This document shows positions 9,216-19,548 of a DNA stretch of 32,000 nucleotides, piece after piece (position 1 is the stretch's first letter; the number at the start of each line of letters is the position of its first letter). The stretch covers positions 4,549,545 through 4,581,544 of the forward strand of contig NZ_CM001976.1 of the NCBI RefSeq assembly GCF_000406145.1, given 5' to 3'. This DNA comes from Dickeya dadantii NCPPB 898. GTDB lineage: Bacteria; Pseudomonadota; Gammaproteobacteria; Enterobacterales; Enterobacteriaceae. The position numbers and the translations under genes are program-made. The notes under the pieces were generated by a model. The model did not search any database. It saw nothing but the letters and a program-made list of their open reading frames with translations, and had not been told where the DNA came from.

Positions 9216-9380
9216 TTCCCAAAAAGCAAAATCGCCAACAACCGGCGAGTCGGGTTACCTGATACTTATTTCCATGATGTTTTATGGTCCGACCACTGAT
9301 ATACAACGATTCTCGCAGGATTAAATACAGCTAACGCTGAATTACCGGGCTAACCGGTATTTTTGAGAGACTTCTTAGCT

Positions 9381-9397
9381 AAAGCATAGGATAAACA
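9381..9397 (-). promoter_or_regulatory. candidate PhoP box upstream of pagP
   Basis: The minus strand reads TGTTTA-tccta-TGCTTT, against the consensus (T/G)GTTTA-N5-(T/G)GTTTA. pagP is a classical PhoPQ-activated gene, and an AAAAAT -10-like hexamer lies 16 nt downstream. Confidence 0.3.
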
Positions 9398-9564
9398 GCC
9401 GGATCTGCCGTAATGGAGAGGTCAAAATGCAAGCAAAGGGATGCTCCGGCAATCCCTGAAATAATAGCGCCGGCGTCGAGTCAGGCAGGCAAAACCAAAA
9501 ACCGCAGGGTGCGGATGAAAGAAGCGTATTATCCGGCTTGCCGTGCAGGCAGGCCGGAAAAATA

Positions 9565-10386
9565 TCAGATGCCGTCGCCGTCTTCGAAACCGCGCAACGA
9601 ACCGTTGAAGTACTGATCCATATCCAGCGAGGGTTTATCGCTTTCCGGGCGGCCAACAATTCGCGCCGGCACGCCAGCGGCAGTGGTATGCGGCGGCACC
9701 GGCTGCAACACCACCGAACCCGCGCCAATCTTGGCGCCGCAGCCCACTTCGATATTGCCGAGAATCTTGGCGCCAGCGCCGATCATCACCCCTTCCCGAA
9801 TCTTGGGATGGCGGTCGCCGTTGGTCTTGCCGGTCCCCCCCAGGGTGACCGATTGCAGAATGGAAACGTCGTTTTCCACCACGGCGGTTTCACCGATTAC
9901 GATACCGGTGGCATGGTCCAGCATGATGCCGCAACCGATGCGCGCCGCCGGGTGGATATCCACCCCAAATGACACGGAAATCTGGTTTTGCAGGTAAATC
10001 GCCAGCGCCTGCCGCTCCTGCCGCCACAGCCAGTGGCCGATACGGTAAGCCTGCAGAGCATGAAATCCTTTCAGGTAGAGCAGCGGCGTCGAGTATTTAT
10101 CCACCGCCGGATCGCGCAAACGCACCGCCAGAATGTCGCGGGCAGCGGACGCAATCATCTGCGGTTCGGCGCGGTAGGCCTCTTCCACCACTTCACGGAT
10201 GGCAATCGCCGGCATGATGGCGTTAGCCAGCTTATTCGCCAGCATGTAGCTCAATGCGCTGCCCAGATTCTCATGTTTCAGCAGCGTCGCGTGAAAGAAA
10301 CTGGCCAGCATCGGTTCGCATTCCGCCAGACTGCGCGCCTCTTCCTTAATGTTTTTCCAAACCAGTTCCAGCTCATCATTCGACAT
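9565..10386 (-). CDS. cysE: serine O-acetyltransferase
   Basis: From the ATG at 10386, the 273-aa protein MSNDELELVWKNIKEEARSLAECEPMLASFFHATLLKHENLGSALSYMLANKL... is collinear with E. coli CysE and ends in GDGI. Confidence 0.95.
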   Translation of the reverse strand: MSNDELELVWKNIKEEARSLAECEPMLASFFHATLLKHENLGSALSYMLANKLANAIMPAIAIREVVEEAYRAEPQMIASAARDILAVRLRDPAVDKYSTPLLYLKGFHALQAYRIGHWLWRQERQALAIYLQNQISVSFGVDIHPAARIGCGIMLDHATGIVIGETAVVENDVSILQSVTLGGTGKTNGDRHPKIREGVMIGAGAKILGNIEVGCGAKIGAGSVVLQPVPPHTTAAGVPARIVGRPESDKPSLDMDQYFNGSLRGFEDGDGI

Positions 10387-10454
10387 CGCGACACCTCTTT
10401 GAAAAACCGTCAACCCACCGCTTCACCGCTTGCTACTGCACGACGCTCTATCAG

Positions 10455-10489
10455 CATAAAACAACAACGGGCTTCCCGTGGGAAGCCCG
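10455..10489 (-). terminator. rho-independent terminator/attenuator after gpsA
   Basis: Stem cgggcttcc / ggaagcccg, followed on the minus strand by ttgttgtttta. It lies 15 nt after the gpsA stop. Confidence 0.55.
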
Positions 10490-10504
10490 ATCAATGCCCT
10501 GCCG

Positions 10505-11524
10505 TCACAGGCTGGCGCTTTCGTCTTTGCGCGCCCGGCCCAGCAGGCTCAACGCCGCTTCACGCGCGTCTTTACCGCAATACAGCACCTGCCAGAGCTG
10601 CTCGGTGATCGGCATTTCCACACCGTAGCGCTGCGCCAGCGCCATCACTTCCTTGGTATTACGGTAACCTTCCACCACCTGACCAATCTGGTTCTGAGCG
10701 CTAACCACGTCCATCCCTTGTCCCAGCATCATGCCGAAACGACGGTTGCGTGACTGGTTGTCGGTGCAGGTCAATACCAGATCGCCCAGACCCGCCATGC
10801 CCATAAACGTGGTCGGATCAGCCCCCAGCGCCACGCCCAGCCGCGTCATTTCCGCCAGACCGCGGGTGATAAGCGCGGTACGCGCATTGGCGCCGAACCC
10901 CATACCGTCAGACATGCCGGCGCCGATGGCAATCACGTTCTTCACTGCGCCCCCCAGCTGCACGCCGACAAAGTCGGGGTTGCTGTAGACGCGAAAACTT
11001 TTGCCGCAATGCAGCAGATGTTGCAAATCGTCGGAAAACGGCTGATCGGTCGATGCCAGCGCAATCGCGGTAGGCAACCCGGCCGCCAGCTCTTTGGCGA
11101 ACGTCGGCCCGGAAAGCACCGCCAGCGGGATCGTATTACCCAGCGCTTCGCGGGCGACGTCCTGCAACAGACGGCCGGTTTCCGCTTCCAGCCCTTTGGT
11201 GGCCCACACCAGTCGCGCGTCCGCCCGCAAATGGGGCTTGAGCTGGCGCAGCACATCGCCGAACACATGGCTCGGCACCACCACCAGAATGTTGCGGCTG
11301 GCGGCCAGCGCCTGCGACAGGTCCGCTTCCAGTTGCAGCGTGTCCGGGAATGGCACATCCGGCAGGAACGCCTGATTGCACCGCGCGGCCTGTAGCGCCT
11401 GAATATGAACGGGATCATGGCCCCAAAGCACCACACGGTGGCCATTGCGGGCCACCGTGATCGCCAGTGCGGTGCCGTAAGATCCGGCACCGATCACCGT
11501 CATTGCTGCGTCAGACGGGTTCAT
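10505..11524 (-). CDS. gpsA: NAD(P)H-dependent glycerol-3-phosphate dehydrogenase
   Basis: 339 aa with the [10 protein letters not shown] Rossmann motif, collinear with E. coli GpsA. The start overlaps the secB stop (TGATG). Confidence 0.95.
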   Translation of the reverse strand: MNPSDAAMTVIGAGSYGTALAITVARNGHRVVLWGHDPVHIQALQAARCNQAFLPDVPFPDTLQLEADLSQALAASRNILVVVPSHVFGDVLRQLKPHLRADARLVWATKGLEAETGRLLQDVAREALGNTIPLAVLSGPTFAKELAAGLPTAIALASTDQPFSDDLQHLLHCGKSFRVYSNPDFVGVQLGGAVKNVIAIGAGMSDGMGFGANARTALITRGLAEMTRLGVALGADPTTFMGMAGLGDLVLTCTDNQSRNRRFGMMLGQGMDVVSAQNQIGQVVEGYRNTKEVMALAQRYGVEMPITEQLWQVLYCGKDAREAALSLLGRARKDESASL

Positions 11525-11994
11525 CAGGCATTCAGCGTCTGAGCGGCGCCGTCCTGACCGGCCTGCTGTTCGAGATAGTTCATGAACAGCGCGTCAAAGT
11601 TAACCGGAGCCAGGTTCAACTGCGGGAAGGTGCCGCGGGATACCAGGCTGGTGATGCATTCGCGCGCGTACGGGAACAACACGTTCGGGCAGTAAGCGCC
11701 CAGGCAGTGGGCCAGTTGGGTGCCTTCGATGCCGGCAACGGTGAAAATACCCGCCTGCTGCACTTCGCACAGGAATGCGGTTTCTTCGCCGAGGGTGGAA
11801 GTCACAGTCACGCGCAGCACCACTTCGTACACATCGTCAGCCAACTGGGTGGATGCGGTATCCAGGTCCAGTTTGACTTCCGGGTTCCATTCCTGCTGGA
11901 ACACCTGCGGCGCGTTCGGCGCTTCGAAAGAAATATCCTTGGTGTAGATACGCTGGATCTGGAAAGTCAGTTCGCCGTTGTTTTGTTCAGACAT
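11524..11994 (-). CDS. secB: protein-export chaperone SecB
   Basis: From the ATG at 11994, the 156-aa protein [29 protein letters not shown]... matches SecB. The upstream 23 codons of the ORF have no homology. Confidence 0.95.
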   Translation of the reverse strand: MSEQNNGELTFQIQRIYTKDISFEAPNAPQVFQQEWNPEVKLDLDTASTQLADDVYEVVLRVTVTSTLGEETAFLCEVQQAGIFTVAGIEGTQLAHCLGAYCPNVLFPYARECITSLVSRGTFPQLNLAPVNFDALFMNYLEQQAGQDGAAQTLNA

Positions 11995-12093
11995 GTTGAA
12001 TAATACCCTTTCGTTAGATTTCCTTGCGCGCTTCCCTTCGCCAGGAAGGACACGCCATAACATAAACAGACTCCCCTCTGACGGGGCGTCGCA

Positions 12094-12525
12094 TTACTTA
12101 CCGCGTACCAGCGGGAGGTTCTCGCCGCTCCAGCCAGCCAGCCCATCTTTCAGAATCACGACGCGCTCAAACCCGGCTTTGAACAGGTTCTCTGCCGGCT
12201 CACGGGATGCCATGCCGTTGGCGCAAACCACAATCACCGGCTGCGCTTTGTGTTTTTCCAGTTCGCTCAGGCTGCCGTTTTTGATGTCGTTCGGCAACAG
12301 GTTGATGGCGCCGGCGATATGTCCACGACGGTAATCATCACGATTACGGGTGTCTACCACCACCGCATCTTCTTTATTAATCAGTTGGATCGCTTCACCA
12401 CGAGCCACTTCTTTTACCTTGGACAGTTTACTCTTCACCGTAAGCACAATGACCGCGACCAGCAGGGCAATCCAGGCCACGCTCAGAATCGGGTGTCGGC
12501 TGATGAATGGCATAATCTCTTGCAT
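12094..12525 (-). CDS. yibN: rhodanese-like domain membrane protein YibN
   Basis: 143 aa. [25 protein letters not shown]... ends in [10 protein letters not shown], as in E. coli YibN. Confidence 0.85.
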   Translation of the reverse strand: MQEIMPFISRHPILSVAWIALLVAVIVLTVKSKLSKVKEVARGEAIQLINKEDAVVVDTRNRDDYRRGHIAGAINLLPNDIKNGSLSELEKHKAQPVIVVCANGMASREPAENLFKAGFERVVILKDGLAGWSGENLPLVRGK

Positions 12526-12751
12526 GGGGTGTAACGACTCCGAAATCAGTTAAGCAATTCAAATACAGGGAGTCTGAGTATACCTATGCGATACCGCAAT
12601 TACAGCCTGTAAGCCAACATCGCGTCATGATTATGCGCGGCGGATTGCATTTATCCGCAGGATTCGAGGCCGACCACTGTCATGGATGGAAATAGAAATC
12701 CCTGACGAGACAACTGGTAAGGCGCTGTTCATCGTGGAATAATCTTTCGCC

Positions 12752-14026
12752 ATGAGCAAAAAAGCGTTCTCTGTACCGTTGCCGACGGGTCGTGACAAAC
12801 TGCTAATCCGGTGCGCCAGTGTGCTTTGTGTCGGCGTGCTGCTGTTGCCATGCCCCGGCTGGAGCGACGACGGCCAGCAGCAGTTGAAATCCCTGCAGCA
12901 AGACATCGCAGAGAAGGAAAAAAGCGTCCGGGAACAGCAACAGCGTCGCAGCGCCCTGCTTGAACAACTGAAAAAGCAGGAACAGTCGATCGCTCAATCC
13001 ACCCGTCAGCTACGCGACACCCGCTCCACCCTTGAACGCCTGAATCAGGATATCGGCAGTCTGAACGCCTCCATCGCCAAACTGCAAACCCAGCAGAAAA
13101 CGCAGGAAAACCTGTTGGCGAAACAGCTGGATGCCGCGTTCCGCCAGGGCCAGCATGGCGCCCTGCAACTGATCCTCAGCGGTGAAGAAAGCCAGCGGCG
13201 CGAGCGCATCCTCGCCTACTTCAATTACCTGAATCAGGCGCGCGAGCAATCCATCGCCGCGTTACAGCAAACCCGTACACAGCTTGCCGGCCAGAAGCAG
13301 CAACTGGAGCAGAAACAGGCGCAGCAAAAACGCCTGCTCGGCGACCAACAGCAACAGCAGAAAACGCTGGAACAGGCGCAGGGCGAACGTCAGAAGACAT
13401 TGGGCGCGCTGGAAAACGCGCTGGAAAAAGACCAGCAACAGTTGACGGAGCTGCGCCAGAACGAAACCCGCCTGCGCGACCAGATCGCGCGGGCGGAACG
13501 GGAAGCCAAGGCGCGAGCGGAGCGTGAAGCCCGCGAAGCCGCCCGCGTGCGCGAAAAAGAAGAGCAGGCCAAACGCAAGGGCGCCAGCTATAAGCCCTCC
13601 GAACAGGAGCGCTCGCTGATGGCGCGTACCGGCGGTCTGGGTCAGCCGGCCGGCCAGTACGTGTGGCCGGTGCGCGGCCGCACGCTGCACCGTTTCGGCG
13701 AACCGTTGCAGGGCGAATTGCGCTGGAAAGGGCTGGTAATCGGCGCCTCCGAAGGCACCGAGGTGCGTGCCATCGCCGACGGCACCGTGCTGATGGCCGA
13801 CTGGCTGCAGGGCTATGGTCAGGTGGTGGTGCTGGAACACGGCAAGGGCGACATGAGTCTGTATGGCTATAACCAGAGCGCGCTGGTGTCGGTAGGCGCG
13901 CAGGTGAAGGCCGGTCAGCCGGTGGCGCTGGTCGGCAACAGCGGCGGGCAGAATCAGCCCGCCCTCTATTTTGAAATTCGGCGTCAGGGACAGGCGGTCA
14001 ACCCCTTACCCTGGCTAGGAAGGTAG
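12752..14026 (+). CDS. envC: murein hydrolase activator EnvC (coiled-coil plus LytM/M23 domain)
   Basis: 424 aa with a Q-rich coiled coil. The C-terminal ...GELRWKGLVIGASEGTEVRAIADGTV...LYFEIRRQGQAVNPLPWLGR is collinear with E. coli EnvC. Confidence 0.9.
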   Translation: MSKKAFSVPLPTGRDKLLIRCASVLCVGVLLLPCPGWSDDGQQQLKSLQQDIAEKEKSVREQQQRRSALLEQLKKQEQSIAQSTRQLRDTRSTLERLNQDIGSLNASIAKLQTQQKTQENLLAKQLDAAFRQGQHGALQLILSGEESQRRERILAYFNYLNQAREQSIAALQQTRTQLAGQKQQLEQKQAQQKRLLGDQQQQQKTLEQAQGERQKTLGALENALEKDQQQLTELRQNETRLRDQIARAEREAKARAEREAREAARVREKEEQAKRKGASYKPSEQERSLMARTGGLGQPAGQYVWPVRGRTLHRFGEPLQGELRWKGLVIGASEGTEVRAIADGTVLMADWLQGYGQVVVLEHGKGDMSLYGYNQSALVSVGAQVKAGQPVALVGNSGGQNQPALYFEIRRQGQAVNPLPWLGR

Positions 14027-14028
14027 GT

Positions 14029-14973
14029 TTGCATCCATTAATTTCCCGCGTGCTGGCTATCGCCGGTATGACCCTCACCAGCACGCTGCTGGTCCTCCCC
14101 GTCTGGGCGGGCAAACTGGCGCTGGTGATCGATGATTTCGGCTACCGCCCGCATAACGAAAATCAGGTGCTGGCGATGCCCACCGCCATTTCCGTGGCCG
14201 TGTTGCCCAATGCGCCCTACGCCCGCGACATGGCGACCAAGGCCCACGCGCAAGGCAGAGAAGTGTTGATCCATCTGCCGATGGCGCCCATGAGCAAGCA
14301 ACCGCTGGAACGGGACACGCTGCGCCCCGACATGAGCAGCGAGGAAATCGCCCGCATCCTGCGCGACGCGGTCAATAAGGTGCCTTACGCCGTCGGGTTG
14401 AACAACCACATGGGCAGCGCCATGACCGCCAGCCTGCCGGGCATGCAAAAGGTGATGCAGGCGATGACCGCCTATCGCCTCTATTTTCTCGACAGCATGA
14501 CCATCGGCAGCAGTCAGGCCAGCCGGGCGGCGGCAGGCACCGGCATCAAAGTACTCAAACGCAAGGTGTTTCTGGACGATACCCAGAACGTCGCCGATAT
14601 CCGGCGCCAGTTCAGCCGGGCGGTGGAGATAGCACAACGCAGCGGGTACGCCATCGCCATCGGTCACCCTCATCCCACCACCATTCAGGTGTTGCAGCAG
14701 ATGTTGCCGACGCTGCCGGCCGATATCGTGCTGGTGCGCCCCAGTCAGTTGCTGAACGAACCGGAACCGCGCTATGAGCCGGTGCCGACGTACCTCGCCT
14801 CGCAACCGGTCGCCCCGGCGCAAAAACGGCTGCGCCCGATTCAAGTCTGCGCGATCAAACAACCGTTGCCGGCAATATCGCAACCGGAGCTGTGGCGACA
14901 ACTTGGACGTAATCTGGCGACCAGCCCCGCCGTCAGCTACCTAAAACAACACTGGCAGACCTGGCTGGGGTAA
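14029..14973 (+). CDS. yibQ: divergent polysaccharide deacetylase family protein YibQ
   Basis: 314 aa with a TTG start 2 nt after the envC stop. It has a signal/TM segment and then KLALVIDDFGYR...LNNHMGS, typical of YibQ. The envC-yibQ pairing is conserved. Confidence 0.85.
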   Translation: MHPLISRVLAIAGMTLTSTLLVLPVWAGKLALVIDDFGYRPHNENQVLAMPTAISVAVLPNAPYARDMATKAHAQGREVLIHLPMAPMSKQPLERDTLRPDMSSEEIARILRDAVNKVPYAVGLNNHMGSAMTASLPGMQKVMQAMTAYRLYFLDSMTIGSSQASRAAAGTGIKVLKRKVFLDDTQNVADIRRQFSRAVEIAQRSGYAIAIGHPHPTTIQVLQQMLPTLPADIVLVRPSQLLNEPEPRYEPVPTYLASQPVAPAQKRLRPIQVCAIKQPLPAISQPELWRQLGRNLATSPAVSYLKQHWQTWLG

Positions 14974-14999
14974 CATGACGCTCCCGGCCGTGCGGCGCA

Positions 15000-16025
15000 T
15001 TACTCCCAGCTCAGCACGACTTTGCCGGACTGGCCGGAGCGCATCACATCAAACCCATGCTGGAAATCGCCAACGGCGTAGCGATGGGTGATGATCGGCG
15101 ACAGATCCAGTCCGGACTGGATCAACGCCGCCATCTTGTACCAGGTTTCAAACATTTCGCGGCCATAGATGCCTTTAATCACCAGCCCCTTGAAAATGAT
15201 TTCACTCCAGTCCACCGGTATGGCTTCCGGCGGAATACCCAGCATGGCGATGCGACCGCCGTGGTTCATCACCGACAACAGCGTGCGTAAGGCCGCCGGC
15301 GCGCCGGACATCTCCAGCCCGACGTCAAACCCTTCGGCCATGCCCAGTTCACGCATCACATCGGCCAGCGATTCCCGCGATACATTCACCGCACGAGTTA
15401 CCCCCATCCGTTTCGCCAGCGCCAGCCGGTAATCGTTAACATCGGTAATTACTACGTGTCGGGCGCCGACATGACGACACACCGCCGCCGCCATGACGCC
15501 AATCGGCCCGGCGCCGCTCACCAGCACGTCTTCCCCTACCAGATCAAACGCCAGCGCCGTGTGCACCGCGTTGCCGAACGGATCGAAAATAGCGGCGATG
15601 TCATCGGGAATCGCCGCCGGCAGACGGAACGCGTTATACGCCGGAATCACCAGATATTCGGCGAAGGCACCAGGTCGGTTAACGCCGACGCCAGAGGTAT
15701 TGCGGCACAGGTGGCGACGGCCGGCGCGACAGTTACGGCAATAGCCGCAGGTGATATGCCCTTCGCCCGAAACCCGATCGCCAATCCTGAACCCTTCCAC
15801 TTCCTGCCCGATCGCCACGATGTCGCCGACATACTCATGCCCGACCACCATCGGCACCGGGATGGTTTTCTGCGACCACGCATCCCAGTTGTAGATATGC
15901 ACGTCGGTGCCGCAAATGGCGGTTTTGCAAATTTTGATCATCACGTCGTTGTGGCCCGGCTCCGGCACGGGAACATCAGTCAGCCAGATGCCCGGTTCCG
16001 GGCGCAGTTTCGCCAGCGCTTTCAT
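15000..16025 (-). CDS. tdh: L-threonine 3-dehydrogenase
   Basis: 341 aa zinc-ADH family protein. [44 protein letters not shown] is collinear with E. coli Tdh. Confidence 0.95.
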   Translation of the reverse strand: MKALAKLRPEPGIWLTDVPVPEPGHNDVMIKICKTAICGTDVHIYNWDAWSQKTIPVPMVVGHEYVGDIVAIGQEVEGFRIGDRVSGEGHITCGYCRNCRAGRRHLCRNTSGVGVNRPGAFAEYLVIPAYNAFRLPAAIPDDIAAIFDPFGNAVHTALAFDLVGEDVLVSGAGPIGVMAAAVCRHVGARHVVITDVNDYRLALAKRMGVTRAVNVSRESLADVMRELGMAEGFDVGLEMSGAPAALRTLLSVMNHGGRIAMLGIPPEAIPVDWSEIIFKGLVIKGIYGREMFETWYKMAALIQSGLDLSPIITHRYAVGDFQHGFDVMRSGQSGKVVLSWE

Positions 16026-16045
16026 CCTGTTCTCCTCACCTCACT

Positions 16046-17242
16046 TCACCTCACCACGCCCAACCGACGGCCGACGTGGATAAACGCCGCCACCGCTCGT
16101 TCAATCTGTTCCGGCGTATGCGCCGCCGACATCTGGGTACGGATGCGCGCCTGCCCGTGCGGCACCACCGGGTAAAAGAAACCGGTGACATAGATACCTT
16201 GCTGTCGCAGCGCCGCCGCGAATGCCTGCGCCAGCCGGGCGTCACCCAGCATCACCGGAATAATGGCGTGATCCGCGCCCGCAAGCGTAAACCCCGCCTC
16301 GGTCATCCGCTGACGAAACAGACTGGCGTTATGCCACAGACGCCGACGCAGCGCCTGCCCGCCCTGTAACAGTTCCAATACCTTGATCGACGCCGTCACA
16401 ATCGACGGCGCCAGCGAATTGGAAAACAAATATGGCCGGGAACGCTGACGCAGCCACGCCACCACCTCCCGCCGGGCAGCGGTATAGCCGCCGGACGCGC
16501 CGCCCAGTGCCTTGCCCAGCGTGCCGGTAATAATGTCCACCCGCCCCATCACCTGACAGTATTCATGGGTGCCGCGCCCTTGTTCGCCGACAAAGCCCAC
16601 CGCGTGGGAGTCGTCCACCATCACCAGTGCGTCGTAGCGCTCCGCCAGATCGCAAATGCCGCGCAGATTGGCGATCACGCCATCCATCGAAAACACGCCA
16701 TCGGTGGCGATCATCAGGTTACGCGCCCCTTCCGCCCGGGCCTGCTTCAACTGTGCATCCAGCTGATGCATATCGTTATTGTCGTAACGATAGCGGCGCG
16801 CTTTTGACAGGCGAATGCCATCGATGATCGACGCATGATTGAGCGCATCGGACACGATCGCGTCGTCTTCCCCCATCAGGGTTTCGAACAGCCCGCCGTT
16901 GGCGTCGAAGCAGGAGGAGTAGAGCATCGCGTCCTCCATGCCGAGAAATTCCGCCAGCCGGCGCTCCAGCGTCTGGTGAATATCCTGCGTACCGCAGATA
17001 AAACGCACCGACGCCATGCCAAAACCGCGGCTATCCAGCCCGGCTTTGGCCGCGTCAATCACCGCCGGGTGATTGGCCAGCCCCAGATAGTTGTTCGCGC
17101 AGAAATTGATCAACTCGCCATCGTCCGCCACCGTAATTTGCGCCTGCTGCGCCGTAGCGATCGGCCGCTCATCCTTAAACAGCCCCTCGTCGCGTAGCGA
17201 GGCAAGCTGGGTGGTCAGTTGGTGATAAAACGCATCAGGCAT
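16046..17242 (-). CDS. kbl: glycine C-acetyltransferase (2-amino-3-ketobutyrate CoA ligase)
   Basis: From the ATG at 17242 (RBS GGAGAG), the 398-aa protein is collinear with E. coli Kbl. It forms the kbl-tdh operon with a 20-nt spacer. Confidence 0.95.
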   Translation of the reverse strand: MPDAFYHQLTTQLASLRDEGLFKDERPIATAQQAQITVADDGELINFCANNYLGLANHPAVIDAAKAGLDSRGFGMASVRFICGTQDIHQTLERRLAEFLGMEDAMLYSSCFDANGGLFETLMGEDDAIVSDALNHASIIDGIRLSKARRYRYDNNDMHQLDAQLKQARAEGARNLMIATDGVFSMDGVIANLRGICDLAERYDALVMVDDSHAVGFVGEQGRGTHEYCQVMGRVDIITGTLGKALGGASGGYTAARREVVAWLRQRSRPYLFSNSLAPSIVTASIKVLELLQGGQALRRRLWHNASLFRQRMTEAGFTLAGADHAIIPVMLGDARLAQAFAAALRQQGIYVTGFFYPVVPHGQARIRTQMSAAHTPEQIERAVAAFIHVGRRLGVVR

Positions 17243-17532
17243 GGCACAGCTCTCCTTTTCGTCTTTTCGTCCGCATCGTAATTCCCGCCGGGCGGCGGTA
17301 GGTTTCATAGCGCTAAAGCGGATCTCATGGAGGTAAAGGTAGTGGAGAAATGCGAGCCGGGCTGACGGGTCAGCCACAAAATGCCACCGCGGTCACGCCG
17401 GAAATGCGAAGCGGTTGGCAAGAAACGGCGGGAAAATCCGCACAGGATGTCTGTGATGCGTCGAAATGCTATTATAGCGGTCAAGAGGTGTGGAGCACGG
17501 TGCTCCACCAGCAAGATTAGCAGGTAACTCCC

Positions 17533-18465
17533 ATGATTATCGTAACTGGCGGCGCTGGTTTCATCGGCAGCAATATCGTCAAGGCGCTGAATGACGACGG
17601 GTACCGGGATATTCTGGTGGTCGACAACCTTAAGGATGGCACCAAGTTCGCCAATCTGGTCGATCTGGACATCGCCGACTACATGGATAAGGAAGACTTC
17701 CTCGCCAGCATCGTCGCCGGTGACGATTTGGGCGATATCGACGTTATTTTCCACGAAGGCGCCTGTTCCTCCACCACCGAGTGGGACGGTAAGTACATGA
17801 TGGACAATAACTATCAGTACTCCAAGGACGTGCTGCACTACTGTCTGGAGCGCGGGATTCCATTCCTGTATGCCTCTTCCGCCGCGACCTACGGCGGCCG
17901 CACCGACAACTTCGTGGAAGACCGCCAGTATGAGCAGCCGCTGAACGTCTACGGCTATTCCAAGTTCCTGTTCGACCAGTATGTGCGTGAAATTCTGCCG
18001 CAGACCAACTCACAGATTTGCGGCTTTCGCTACTTCAACGTCTACGGGCCGCGCGAAGGCCACAAAGGCAGCATGGCGAGCGTAGCGTTCCACCTGAATA
18101 ACCAGATCAATCAGGGTGAAAAACCCAAACTGTTCGCCGGCAGCGAAAACTTCAAACGCGATTTCATCTATGTCGGCGACGTAGCGGCGGTGAACCTGTG
18201 GTTCTGGCAACACGAAGTTTCCGGTATCTTCAACTGCGGTACCGGCCGCGCCGAGTCCTTTCAGGCCGTGGCGGATGCCGTACTGGACTACCACCAGAAA
18301 GACGGCGTAGAGTCCATCCCCTTCCCGGAAAAACTGAAAGGCCGCTATCAGGCTTACACGCAGGCAGACCTCACCAACCTGCGCGCCGCGGGTTATGACA
18401 AACCGTTCAAAACCGTAGCGGAAGGGGTCGCCGACTATCTGGCCTGGCTGAACCGCAACGCCTGA
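17533..18465 (+). CDS. hldD: ADP-L-glycero-D-manno-heptose-6-epimerase
   Basis: 310 aa. [22 protein letters not shown] is collinear with E. coli HldD/RfaD. Confidence 0.95.
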   Translation: MIIVTGGAGFIGSNIVKALNDDGYRDILVVDNLKDGTKFANLVDLDIADYMDKEDFLASIVAGDDLGDIDVIFHEGACSSTTEWDGKYMMDNNYQYSKDVLHYCLERGIPFLYASSAATYGGRTDNFVEDRQYEQPLNVYGYSKFLFDQYVREILPQTNSQICGFRYFNVYGPREGHKGSMASVAFHLNNQINQGEKPKLFAGSENFKRDFIYVGDVAAVNLWFWQHEVSGIFNCGTGRAESFQAVADAVLDYHQKDGVESIPFPEKLKGRYQAYTQADLTNLRAAGYDKPFKTVAEGVADYLAWLNRNA

Positions 18466-18495
18466 TTCGCTTTGCCGTAAGGAAACACGAACGGT

Positions 18496-19548
18496 ATGAA
18501 AATTCTGGTTATCGGTCCTTCCTGGGTGGGCGACATGATGATGTCGCACAGTCTTTACCGCACCCTGAAGGCCGAACACCCGGACGCCATCATCGATGTG
18601 ATGGCGCCGGCCTGGTGTCGCCCGCTGCTGGCGCGCATGCCCGAAGTACATCAGGCATTACCCATGCCGCTGGGGCACGGCATGCTGGCGCTCGGCGAAC
18701 GTCGGCGACTGGGCGTATCGCTGCGTGAGCAGCGATACGATCGCGCCTATGTGCTGCCCAATTCCTTCAAGTCGGCGCTGGTGCCTTTTTTTGCCGGCAT
18801 TCCGCATCGCACCGGCTGGCGTGGTGAAATGCGCTACGGTCTGCTCAATGACCTACGGATTCTGGACAAAGCTGCTTTCCCGCTGATGGTGCAGCGCTAT
18901 GTCGCGCTGGCTTATGACCGCGCTCGCATTCATACCGCCGCTGATTTGCCCCAGCCTTTACTGTGGCCGCAGTTGGCGGTAAACGACGCCGAAATTGCGG
19001 ATGTCACCGCCGCCTTTAATCTGACCGACAACCGGCCGCTGATCGGCTTCTGCCCCGGCGCCGAATTCGGCCCGGCCAAGCGCTGGCCGCATTACCACTA
19101 CGGCTCGCTGGCGCAAACGCTGATTGAGCAAGGTTATCAGGTGGTCTTGTTCGGTTCGAAAAACGACCATCAGGCGGGTGAGGACATCCGCCAAACCCTG
19201 AGTGCCGACGCCCGCGAGCATTGCCTCAATCTGGCTGGGCAGACGGCGCTGGATCAGGCGGTGGTGTTGATCGCCGCCTGTCAGGCGATCGTCAGCAACG
19301 ACTCCGGTCTGATGCACGTGGCGGCGGCGCTCAACCGCCCGCTGGTGGCGCTGTACGGTCCCAGCAGCCCGGACTTCACTCCGCCGCTCTCCCATCAGGC
19401 CGAGGTCATCCGTCTGATTACCGGTTATCACCGGGTACGCAAGGGCGATGCCGAACAAGGGTATCATCAGAGCCTGATCGATATTCAACCACAACAGGTG
19501 CTGGATGCCCTGTCACGCTATCTGCCCGCCAAAGGGGAGCCTGCATGA
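18496..19548 (+). CDS. waaF: ADP-heptose--LPS heptosyltransferase II (GT9)
   Basis: 350 aa. MKILVIGPSWVGDMMMSHSLYRTLK ... GYHRVRKGDAEQGYHQSLIDI is collinear with E. coli WaaF. Confidence 0.9.
   Translation: MKILVIGPSWVGDMMMSHSLYRTLKAEHPDAIIDVMAPAWCRPLLARMPEVHQALPMPLGHGMLALGERRRLGVSLREQRYDRAYVLPNSFKSALVPFFAGIPHRTGWRGEMRYGLLNDLRILDKAAFPLMVQRYVALAYDRARIHTAADLPQPLLWPQLAVNDAEIADVTAAFNLTDNRPLIGFCPGAEFGPAKRWPHYHYGSLAQTLIEQGYQVVLFGSKNDHQAGEDIRQTLSADAREHCLNLAGQTALDQAVVLIAACQAIVSNDSGLMHVAAALNRPLVALYGPSSPDFTPPLSHQAEVIRLITGYHRVRKGDAEQGYHQSLIDIQPQQVLDALSRYLPAKGEPA

Noticed and set aside
3215-9520. Shared 10-mer cggatgaaag at 3215 and about 9511, suggesting a dispersed REP-like element
   Set aside because: A single shared 10-mer in 32 kb is expected by chance, and the flanks do not align. 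I found no evidence for a repeat family.
9495-9563. Hairpins downstream of cysE (ccgca-ggg-tgcgg at 9500-9512 with a TTTTTGGTTTT run on the minus strand; ccggcttgcc-gtgca-ggcaggccgg at 9533-9557)
   Set aside because: The first has only a 5-bp stem. The second has its T run on the wrong side for either strand. They may contribute to cysE termination, but I could not support a confident terminator call.
17294-17301. Exact ops core GGCGGTAG on the + strand in the kbl-hldD intergenic region, about 230 nt upstream of hldD
   Set aside because: The location is attractive, but the following bases (GTTT) do not fit the nnTG part of the consensus. Only about 50 bp would remain for a promoter upstream of it. 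The same 8-mer occurs at least three more times in this window inside genes (4738-4745, 14142-14149, 27760-27767), so a chance occurrence cannot be excluded.
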